A stretch of 64,000 nucleotides of DNA from Octopus sinensis (lineage: Eukaryota), in the NCBI RefSeq assembly GCF_006345805.1, contig NC_043000.1:150412001-150476000 (forward strand), written 5' to 3'. Position 1 is the stretch's first letter. Each line of letters starts with the position of its first letter. This document shows, piece by piece, positions 1 through 10,900 of this stretch. Below the pieces are notes generated by a model. It saw nothing but the letters and a program-made list of their open reading frames with translations, had not been told where the DNA came from and did not search any database. The position numbers and the translations under genes are program-made.

Positions 1-646
1 CCGCACCCCTTCAGTCTTGCATTCTCATTATCATTCCTTCCCACACTATTTTCACAGATTAACTTCGTTTCTGTGCCGCCACCATCAGTTATCCATCCCT
101 CTCCTCTGTCGTACTTCATCTCAGCACCTTCTCCTATCTGTCATCGTGCCCCACTCACTTTAGCCACCCTCATGCACTCTTACATGTCCCTTCCCCACCA
201 CTCCTACACCTTGCACATCACCTCCCTACCATCTATCTGTTCTCTCTTCCACCCTAAGCTACCTCTGTTCCTCTCACCTTAACCCCTCTTTATATTGGTA
301 TTTTCTCATCAACTGCACCTCCACCTTTGTTCATCACTTGCTACATTCATGTCTACCACCATTTCCAACCATCTCCCCTCACATTCTTATGAAACTACTC
401 CCCGCCCTCCACCGCCAATCCACTGCATGTATTCTCTCTTATGCTTACCTTATACACGAGGGTTTGCTCTGGCAGCCCATTACTCTCTGTTCTTCTTTTC
501 AGCTACTCTTACCTAACCTTATAAAATGCAGGGCAGTCATGTATCTTCTTTAGAGCAAGATACCTGCACCTGTCCCTCTATCATAAACGTTAACATTTCA
601 GCACCTGGCATAAAGACACTGCTCCACTCTTAACTACTTCCCCCAT

Positions 647-874
647 TTAACCCTTTCGTTACCAACCCAGCTGAAACCGGCTCTGGATCTGAGTACAAAT
701 GTTTTGTTTTCATAAGTTTTGATTTAAAATCTTCCACCAAACCTTAGTCACAATTTATGTTCCTAACACTAGCTTAATGATAACTAAGTTATTTTACTAA
801 ATTCTTCATTATATTTAAAGTAATTGAAAGAAACACAGAGCATCTCAAAATAAATACAGTAAAAAAAGGGTTAA
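647..874. mobile_element. TTAA-flanked MITE family A (piggyBac-type ends)
   Basis: TTAA-CCCTTTCGTTAC...GTAA..AAAGGG-TTAA; copies at 16996-17217 and 61296-61732. Confidence 0.8.
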
Positions 875-1599
875 TCAAGGGACTTTCCTTTTCCCTTTTC
901 CTGCTCTTTCCCTGGTTCTCAAAGTACTTGGTGACCTCACCAGGTACACACTGGAAAATGGTTGGTGTTAGAAAGGGCATCCAATCATAGAAACCACGCC
1001 AAAGTTGATATTGGAACTCAATGCAACTCTGTGAATTATCAGAGCCAGTCAAACAACACAACCCATGCCAGCATGGAAAAACAGATGTTAAATGATGATG
1101 ATGATGATGATGATATAATGCAAATGGTTTCTCTCAAGCATCACTCAGGATGAGGGAGGGTGTGGACAGTAAAAAGCTATAATGCATATACCTACGACAC
1201 TTCATGTTAAGACAAGGACCCAAGCATCTGCAATTCAAATACATACAAGACTTAAACACTGAGAGACATTAATATCAAAAGCACATTGAGATACATAAGC
1301 AAACACACACACACATATACAGGCATATAGGTTTGAATAAGTAGAAAAGCAAGCAAGTGAATTTTGTTTACTTTCAACATAAACTGACATAAATTCTTCT
1401 GATTATTTCATATAATTGCATGATTAATGAATAACATTTGTTTTCATAGATCCCTCCCTTTGAATATTTAAACGATGATGATGATGATATATATTGGGTC
1501 ACCCCATAAATAATGCATTTTTTTTCAATTTCATGAACTAAAAGTTGGATGGGGACAGGATAAACTACATGCATCAACTTGCTATAAAGGCACGTAGTA

Positions 1600-2000
1600 A
1601 TTTTAACTTGTACTTATTCTTAGTGCAAATTTTGAAGAGTGCAGTTCGATTTCAACAGTTATATTTTCAAAGCTATAATGGAAGTGACAAAGGAGTACAT
1701 TCGGCATATTTTGCTTTATGAGTTCAATAAAGATAATACAATGGAAAGTGCAATGTCTTGGTCAGGGGTAGGCAACAAACAACTTTCTTTTGTCCCCAAC
1801 CAAGATTTTAAAGCCTACATCCTTTGGTACCCTTTCTCTGTAAGCAAGATAGCTTTGCTTGAATCTCCTCAACAAATGGTCTTGGAACCAAGTGGATTTT
1901 ATCAATATTGAAGAACTCTTTATCCTTGCAAAGCTCTGGCAGCAGATATGATGGAATCAATTTGATTGGAGTGAATCTTATTTGTAAACAAGATCAAAAT
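1600..2000 (+). pseudogene. Internally deleted mariner remnant
   Basis: MEVTKEYIRHILLYEFNK resembles a mariner HTH N-terminus. Confidence 0.55.
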
Positions 2001-2740
2001 ATGTGCATGGCCCCCAGGGCGACAAGCTGGCAGAAATGTTAGCACGCCGGGTGAAGTGCTAAGCGGTATTTCGTCTACCGTTACGTTCTGAGTTCAAATT
2101 CCGCCGAGGTCGACTTTGCCTTTCATCCTTTTTGGGTCAATAAATTAAGTACCAGTTACGCACTGGGGTCGCTATAATCGACTTAATCTGTTTGTCCTCT
2201 CTGTGTTTAGCCCCTTGTGGGTAGTAAAGAAAATGTAGCTAAATTTTGTAAAAGACTACAATTTGTAATTAACATATTTTGAATTTGCATCTATGAAATT
2301 TGTCTTCCCACTTAATTTAAAATCAGCTAGTATGAAATTATATGCATCTGCTTAATCAACACCAACTCTTCATTAATTAAGAATTTAGCTGCTACTGATT
2401 TTTGAAGGAGGAGGAGAAAGATAAAGTAGAGGGATAAAATAAAGATAAAGTATGTGACAAAGAGAGAAGATGGGTGGCAAAATGAAGGTAAAAATGATTT
2501 GATAATAAACAGGTAGTAAGAATGAGAAGATAAAAAAAAAAAGAAAAACAAATAGTGATAGAAAAAGTAAGACAGAAAGAGAAAGACTGGAAGTAGCAAA
2601 GCCTTCTATGAAGAGCAGGAAGAGTAAAACAAAGGTTCAGTACTGGGATGGCAGCAAGGAGTTGGTAATAGTCACATATAAAAGAATGAGTGGAAGGGGC
2701 AAATGGATATAGCAACATACTTTCTCAGATATATAATATC

Positions 2741-3246
2741 ATCATCATCGTTTAGCGTCCGCTTTCCATGCTAGCATGGGTTGGACAGTTCAACTGGGTT
2801 CTGGGAAGCCAGGAGGCTGCACCAGGCCCCAGTCTAATCTGGCAGTGTTTCTACAGCTGGATGCCCTTCCTAACACCAACCACTCCATGAGTGTAGTGGG
2901 TGCTTTTTACGTGCCACCGGCACAGGTACCAGACGAGGCTGGCAACGGTCACGATCGGATGGTCCTTTTTACGTGCCACTGGCACGGAGGCCAGTCGGGG
3001 CGGCACTGGCAACGACCACATTCGGATGGTTCTCTTACGTGCCACTGGCACTGGTATCACAACTACAATTTCCATTGATTTTCATCGATTTCGATTTCAA
3101 TTCCGATTTCACTTGCCTCAACAGGTCTTCACAAGTAGAGTTTTGTGTCCCAAGAAGGAAAGGTATGCATAAGTGGACTCGCTACATCCCAGGTAGAGGC
3201 CACAGGTTATGGTCTCACTTGACCTGCCGAGTCTTCTCACGCAATA
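2741..3246 (-). mobile_element. RTE LINE 3' end with (GAT)n tail
   Basis: Shares CTGGATGCCCTTCCTAAC core and 3' UTR with the 28266-28965 element. Confidence 0.85.
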
Positions 3247-3302
3247 AAAGGATAATATTCAAAAACACTAAATATATATATTTAGGTTAAAAATTTCCCC
3301 AA

Positions 3303-3348
3303 GACACCTGATGATGGTTGGAGGATGTATCAGCTGAAATGTTGTGTT
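3303..3348 (+). ncRNA. Minimal type I hammerhead ribozyme motif (Penelope-type), slightly degenerate
   Basis: GACAC-CTGATGA-T-GGTTG..CAGCT-GAAA-TG-TT-GTGTT: stem I, core, stem II and GAAA all present. Confidence 0.55.
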
Positions 3349-3391
3349 AACAACGAACAAGACGAGGACAAATATCCATCAAATGTAAATA

Positions 3392-3429
<38 letters not shown>

Positions 3430-3786
3430 AGAGAAAGCTGCTTATTAATTAGGTATGTAACAGTAACTAAAAGAATGCAACTAATAAAGGCTTGACCGTT
3501 TGGAAATTTTTTTTTATAAATTCATGTTCCAAGAAATTTCCTGTAATTTCGATTTCTGAAGTTTATTGAATACTTGAACTACAAGTTTTTCACACATTTA
3601 AATATTCGTTGCATTCACTGTGGAGTAGATTTTAATGAATAATAAACAATATTATTCATTTGCAACCGTCTCTCACTCTCCCTTGCCTCTATTTTCATTA
3701 ATGATAATTCAATATATATTCATTTCAATATTTTCAGTTCAAGTTTTAATTCGCTATTTGCAAAACCCACAGTTTATTCTATATAT

Positions 3787-4016
3787 ATTTCTTTATTGCT
3801 CACAAGGGGCTAAACATAGAGGGGACAAACAAGGACAGACAAAGGGATTAAGTCGATTACATCGACCCCAGTGCGAAACTGGTACTTTATTTATCGACCC
3901 CGAAAGGATGAAAGGCAAAGTTGACCTTGGCGGAATTTGAACTCACAACGTAGCGGCAGATAAAATACCACTAAGCATTTTGCCCGACGTGCTAACGATT
4001 CTGCCAGTTTGACGCC
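3787..4016 (-). mobile_element. Second tRNA-derived SINE family of about 230 bp (OK-like; name not verified) with 14-bp TSD
   Basis: TSD TTTATTCTATATAT at 3773-3786 and 4017-4030. Other copies: 2014-2228(+), 12142-12325(+), 23647-23860(-); degenerate 13205-13310, 20480-20650, 21862-21940. Confidence 0.8.
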
Positions 4017-4639
4017 TTTATTCTATATATGTAATGCAAAAGAAAAATTTATTGAATGAATGAATGCTATTAGACAAAATAGCTGTATAACTTTGAGGCT
4101 TATGATATTTACCAGTATATAATTTAAAAAAATAAATTAAGAAGTGACTTTGTATGGCTGTTTGGAACACTATAAGCCTTACAATAATAACTATGTGATT
4201 GCTGCTATTTCTAGCACGCTAAATGTATTTGAGTTACCTTGAAGTTTGTTTAAATTAGAGAATATTACAACTACGATAAATTACTGAAAGAAATATTTAC
4301 TAAGCAAGTGAGTTTTTTTTATAAATTGAAGTTTCCAGGAAAATTTACTCTCTGAACTTCCTTTTATTATTGAATATTTCAAGTTCACAAATTTAAGTAT
4401 TCAGTACAAGATAGTTTTTAATTAGCTTTTATAGGTTTTTTTTATAAATTCTTCTGTTAATATATATCAATAAAAAGGTAGTTTCAAAGGTCTGTTATTA
4501 TTTAATATCACAAATTTAAATATTTGTTGCCAAGCTTTAGGTTCACTGCAGAGTAGGTTTTAACATTTGATAGACAATATTATGTTCTGGTGAAATTTTC
4601 TGTTTTCATTTGCAACACAGTCTCTTACTCTCTCTCTCC

Positions 4640-5143
4640 TGCCACTTATGCATGTCTTTCCTCCCTTGGACACACAAAGACCTGTTGAGGCAAGCGAAGT
4701 TGATATCGAACCTCATCCGACGACAGGCACCCATGCCAACCCCCTTTGCTTGCGAAGACCTGTTGGGGCAAGTGAAATCGAAATCGAAATTGAACCAATC
4801 CTATGACTGGCACCCGGCAGATGCCAGGACCCCTGGACTGGTGGTACGTAAAAAGCACCATCCGAATCGTAGCCGAAGCCAGTGGTACGTAAAATGCACC
4901 AATCCGACCATGGCCGTTGCCAGCCTCGCCTGGCACCTGTGCGGGTGGCATGTAAAAAGCACCCACTACACTCACGGAGTGGTTGGCGTTATGAAGGGCA
5001 TCCAGCTGTAGAAACTATGCCAGATCAAGACTGGAGCCTGGTGCAGACTTCTGGCTTCCCAGATCCCCGGTCGAACCGTCCAACCCATGCTAGCATGGAG
5101 AACGGACGTTAAACAATGATGATGATGATGATGATGATGATAC
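4640..5143 (+). mobile_element. RTE LINE 3' end
   Basis: Same family, ends GGACGTTAAAC(AAT)(GAT)n. Confidence 0.85.
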
Positions 5144-5963
5144 TTAATATATTATTCATTGCAATTTTTTTATTTCAAGTTTTATTTCATTATTTCAGAT
5201 GAGGAAATCAGGTATTTTGTTGACTTAAATTCGCTGGGTAAATGTCCTCAGTTTATTGTTTATACATACTGGAAAAAAATTATATTGGACAAAACTTACC
5301 GAAGTTTCTAACTCATGTGACTTATTTCCTTTCCATCAATCTTAGAACTATCAAGTGAATTTGCTGCTATGGCTATTTGATACATTATAGATATTAAAAT
5401 ATCTCTATTTGATTGCTGCTGCTTTTTTGCACACTAAACATAGATGGACTACCTTGATGTTTGTTTAAAAAAGAGATTACGACTGTGATAAAATAACGAA
5501 AGCAATATTTAGTAAGCAAGTGAACACTATTGTACAAAGAACTGCTGGCAAATTTTTCTGCTTTTAAAAGGATTTTGGCCGATTGCCAGCCCCGTCTGGC
5601 ACCTGTGCCGGAGACATGTAAAAAGCACCCACTACACTCACGGAGTGGTTGGCGTTAGGAAGGGCATCCAGCCGTAGAAACACTGCCAGATCAGATGGGC
5701 CTGGTGCAGCCTTCTGGCTTCCCAGACCCCAGGTGAACCGTCCAACCCATGCCAGCATGGAAAACGGATGCTAAAGGATGATATATACTGTTCAGTATTT
5801 ACGTGCTGAAAAAAATATTTTTCTACCTGTTCTATCATAGGAATTATTAGAAATAGGAATCAAATGTGAAAATATCAAATGGCTAGCAGAAAACTGCCCG
5901 GAGTGCAGTCTTTCTGCTAGTGTATATATATATATATATATATAATATATATATCTATATAAT

Positions 5964-6021
<58 letters not shown>

Positions 6022-6041
6022 ATATATATATATATATAATG

Positions 6042-6086
<45 letters not shown>

Positions 6087-6181
6087 ATGTATATGTAATA
6101 TTAATATATATATATATATATATGTATATATATGAATATATATATGTATATGTATTATATATATATATATAATATATATGT

Positions 6182-6231
<50 letters not shown>

Positions 6232-6342
6232 TAATATATATATATATATATAATGTATATATATATATATAATATTATATATATATTATATAATATATAT
6301 ATATATATTAATATGTATATATATATATATATATATATATCT

Positions 6343-6539
6343 ATATAAAATATTATTAGAGACAAAACACTATTTTGCAAAACACACAGGAAAGACTTAA
6401 TCAATACTAAAATTTTAATAAATAGTCAAAAAAACTGCCAGCCCTCAGTTTTTTTGACTATTTATTAAATTTTATGTATTGATTAAGTCTTTCCTGTTGT
6501 TTTGCAAAATAGTGGTTTTGTCTCTAATAATATTTTATA
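6343..6539. repeat. Palindrome with arms of about 95 bp
   Basis: 6343-6438 is the reverse complement of 6446-6539, with few mismatches. Confidence 0.85.
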
Positions 6540-6643
6540 ATATTTTACTATAAAATTGGATTTAATCCTAAATCTGATTTTTTCCCTGTAAATTTGGATT
6601 TATTCCTAATATTTATTATTTATATATATATATATATAATATA

Positions 6644-6707
<64 letters not shown>

Positions 6708-6719
6708 TATATATATAGG

Positions 6720-7302
6720 TAGCTTTTCCTTCTTTGGTCAATAAACTTTACTTGCGAAGACCTGTTGGCAAGTGAAATCAAATCAAAATCATTTCGATGA
6801 CTGGCATCCGTGCTAGTGGGGTGCAAAGAGCACCATACGAGTGTGATCGTTGACAGAGAGGCTATTCGAGTATGATCGTTACCAGCGTCGCCTTACTGGC
6901 ACTTATGCCTGTGTTAGTAGGGTGCCAAGAACACCATCCGAGCATGATCGTTGTGATCGTTGCCAGAGCAGCCAACTGGCTTCCGTACCCGTGGTACGTA
7001 AAAGGGCACCATTCGAGCGTGATTGTTACCAATGTCGCTTCACTGGCACCTGTGCCTGTGGCACGTGTAAAAAGATTCGAGCGAGGTCATTGTCAGTACT
7101 GCCTGACTGGCCCCCATGCAGGTGGCATGTAAAAAGCACCCACTACACTCACGGAGTGGTTGGCGTTAGGAAGGGCATCCAGCTGTAGAAACTCTGCCAG
7201 ATCAAGACTGGAGCCTGGTGCAGCCATCTGGTTGCCAGCCCTCAGTCAAAACCGTCCAACCCATGCTAGCATGGAAAACGGACGTTAAATGATGATGATG
7301 AT
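6720..7302 (+). mobile_element. RTE LINE 3' end (variant subfamily)
   Basis: Same core and (GAT)n tail. Confidence 0.8.
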
Positions 7303-7338
7303 AGGTAATTAACTTGCTTATAAACTTGCTATACTTAC

Positions 7339-7393
7339 AGGATATGCTCTTTCTGTGACAAGCTCATGCAAACGGTCTTCATTTTTCTTGATG
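7339..7393 (-). CDS. MRPL45: MRPL45 coding exon 6 (D-IKKNEDRLHELVTERAYP)
   Basis: Acceptor TTCTTTTAACTAAG, donor CCT|GTAAGT, 55 nt, phase 2-0. Confidence 0.9.
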
Positions 7394-7525
7394 CTTAGTT
7401 AAAAGAAAGAAAATAAAACAAAATATTAGTACTGATATATATATATATATAGTATATATAGTATATATATATATATATATATTATATATATTATAAAATA
7501 TATATATATTATATATATATATATA

Positions 7526-7585
<60 letters not shown>

Positions 7586-7604
7586 TATATATAATATATA
7601 TATA

Positions 7605-7635
<31 letters not shown>

Positions 7636-7643
7636 GTAGTATA

Positions 7644-7677
<34 letters not shown>

Positions 7678-7908
7678 TATGGTAGATAGATATATATATA
7701 TATATATAGTATATAATATAGATATATATATATAGTATTATTATATATATTATATATATTATATATATATAATATATAATATATATATATATTATATATA
7801 TATATATATAATAATATATATAGATATATATATATATATAATATATATATATATATATAGATAGATATATATATATATATAGTATATATATATATATATT
7901 ATATATTA

Positions 7909-7961
<53 letters not shown>

Positions 7962-10900
7962 CTATTCTTATATATAGTATATATATATATATAAGATAGT
8001 ATATATATATATATATATAATATATATAGTCTATATATATATATAGTATATATATATATATAATATATAGTATAGTATATTATACATATACACTTGTGAA
8101 GACCTGTTGAGGCAAGTGTGTGACACTTGTGAAGACCTGTTGAGCAGAGGCAAGTGTGTGACACTTGTGGAGACCTGTTGAGGCAAGTGTGTGACCGCGC
8201 GTGACACTTGTGAGACCTGTTGAGCAAGTGAAATCAAACCAAATCAAAATAGAATGAACATCAATGAATTTGTATCTTTGTGGTTCCAGTACCGGTGGCA
8301 CACAAGAAAACCATCCGATCGTGGCCGTTCGCCAGCCACATCTGGCACCTGTGTCGGTGGCACATAAAGACACCATCCGAAGACCCGGCGAAGTAGACAG
8401 TCCACCTATGCATACCTCCCTTCTTGTGACACTTGTGAAGACCTGTTGAGGCAAGTGAAAATCAAAATCAAAATCAAACCAAATCAAAATAGATGAATAT
8501 CAATGGAATTTGTATCTTTGTGGTTCCAGTACCGGTGGCACACAAGAAAACCATCCGAACGTGGCCGTCGACTGGCCTCCATGCTGTGGGCACAACAAAC
8601 ACCATCTGATCGTGGCCGTTCGCCAGCCTCACCTGGCACCTGTGTCGGTGGCACATAAAAACACCATCCAAAGACCCTGCGACGTAGTCAGTCCACCTGT
8701 GCATACCTTCCCTCTTATGACACTTGTGAAGACCTGTTGAGGCAGAGGCAAGTGTGTGACACTTGTGAAGACCTGTTGAGGCAGAGGCAAGTGTGTGACA
8801 CTTGTGGAGACCTGTTGAGGCAAGTGTGTTGACACGCGTGACACTTGTGAAGACCTGTTGAGGCAAGTGAAATCAAACCAAATCAAAATAGATGAACATC
8901 AATGAATTTGTATCTTTGTGGTTCCAGTACCGGTGGCACACCAGAAAACCATCCGATCGTGGCCGTTCGCCAGCCACATCTGGCACCTGTGTCGGTGGCA
9001 CATAAGACACCATCCGAAGACCCGGCGAAGTAGACAGTCCACCTATGCATACCTCCCTTCTTGTGACACTTGTGAAGACCTGTTGAGGCAAGTGAAAATC
9101 AAATCAAATCAAATCAAAATCAAAACAAATCAAAATAGATGAACATAAATGGAATTGTATCTTTGTGGTACCATTCCGGTGGCACACAAGAAAATCATCC
9201 GAACGTGGCCGTAGCCAGTACCGCATAGACTGGCCTCCGTGCTTTGGGGACGTAACAAACACCATCCGATCGTGGCCGTCCGCCAGCCTCATCTGGCACC
9301 TGTGTCGGTGGCACATAAAACCCATCCGAGCGTTGCCGTCTGCCAGCCTCGTCTGGCACCTGTGTCGGTGGCACATAAAAACACATCCGAGCGTGGCCGT
9401 TCGCCAGCCTCGTCTGGCACCTGTGTCGGTGGCACATAAAATCACCCACTACACTCTCGGAGTGGTTGGCGTTAGGAAGGGCATCCAGCTGTAGAAACAC
9501 TGCCAGATCTGACTGGCCTGGTGCAGCCTTCGGGCTCCCCAGACCCCAGTTGAACCGTCCAACCCATGCTAGCATGGAAAACGGACGCTAAATGATGATG
9601 ATGATGATGATGATGATGATATATATATATATATATATATGTATGTATATGTATTTATAAAGTGAGATAGGGATTATGAGTGTAACCCACTATGGGATAT
9701 CAGTTATCCAATATACTGCTGGTGAAGTACCCAAAAGGCAAATACATAAATGCTTATGATTGCAATGCAATAAATTCATTTATTGTATTAGATGGGCGAA
9801 GGTAAAATGTTTTACCTCATATACACACATATATAAGTTTAAGTGAATATATTGATTTCTTTTCAATAGTAGCAGACATATTAAGCAGAACAATGCTTGG
9901 TTTGTGAAGGAGTTCTCATTTTGTATTATAGCACTGTCTATTTTATTTCCCAAAGTTTCTAATATTGCTTTTTCTGACTTTCAGGGAACCATTATCACAT
10001 ATTATCATATACTTTCCATTTTCAAAGTACACAAATACTAAACTTGAATAAAATGTTCAATAGTTTTTTTTTTCTTTTTATTTGCTTTCAATAAATGTTC
10101 ATTCAAGCATTATAATCTAAAATTTTCCAAAAGTATCCAAAGAAAATTACCAACAAGAGACCATACTTTTTAAATGAAAATCTAATGAATGTGGTTATTT
10201 AAAAAAAAAAAAAATATTAGCTACATCTTTTCTATATTTCTAAGAAATTCATGTAAAATACATTTTCAATGGTTTGGTTTTCATTTGTTCTCATGTACCA
10301 TGTATGTATACACACACACACACATACAGGGTGGAGCAGAGAGGATGGATGTTTTTGAAATGGCTATTGCTCAACAATTGTGGGAGGGATGTATGTCTGA
10401 CAGGTACCATTTGGTCTGTGATGTCTTAACATTTATTTTTCTTTTCAGATGAAACCATGGCGCTGTGGATGATAGAGCATTGTGTGTTTGCCTATGACAG
10501 TTACATGAAGAATAATGAGTCTGTCACAGCAGTTCAGAGTGAGTTTTGGTGTCACTTCAACATTCACCGACATCAGGCTGTTCCCACCTGTAACACAATC
10601 TTATATTAGGTGAATGCACTTTGTACACAAGGTACACTACTAATGAATAGGAGACCGATGGGGGCACCGTGAATGGTATGGACCCCGGAAAATGTGGAAT
10701 GCGTCAGACAAGCTTTGATACAGAGTCCAAACTGCTCTGCTTGGAAGCATTCCACTGAACCTGGCATCAGTAATCTATCAGCAAGGCATATTTTGCATGA
10801 AGACCTGTATTTCCACCCTTACAAACTGGTCATTGAGCAACAGTTGAAACCATGGGATTATGCACAGTGGCTTAACTTTGCATGTCAGATGGGAGCAATT

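Noticed and set aside
5199-5211. Plus-strand 13-nt micro-exon-like signal (CAG|ATGAGGAAATCAG|GT)
   Set aside because: No plus-strand gene context; expected by chance.
1-7338. Remaining MRPL45 exons (RW.F..SLEPP onward)
   Set aside because: No matching minus-strand exon found by eye; probably left of the window, though a short exon could have been missed.
7379-8227. Long IYIY-rich ORFs (also 6075-6404, 14158-14415)
   Set aside because: Translation of (TA)n microsatellite; no coding signal.
8440-8462. CTGTTGAG..GAAA in the RTE 3' UTR resembling a hammerhead core (also CTGATGAAAGAAAC near 11615)
   Set aside because: Invariant core A is U in all copies or stem II is absent, and stems I and III are not evident.
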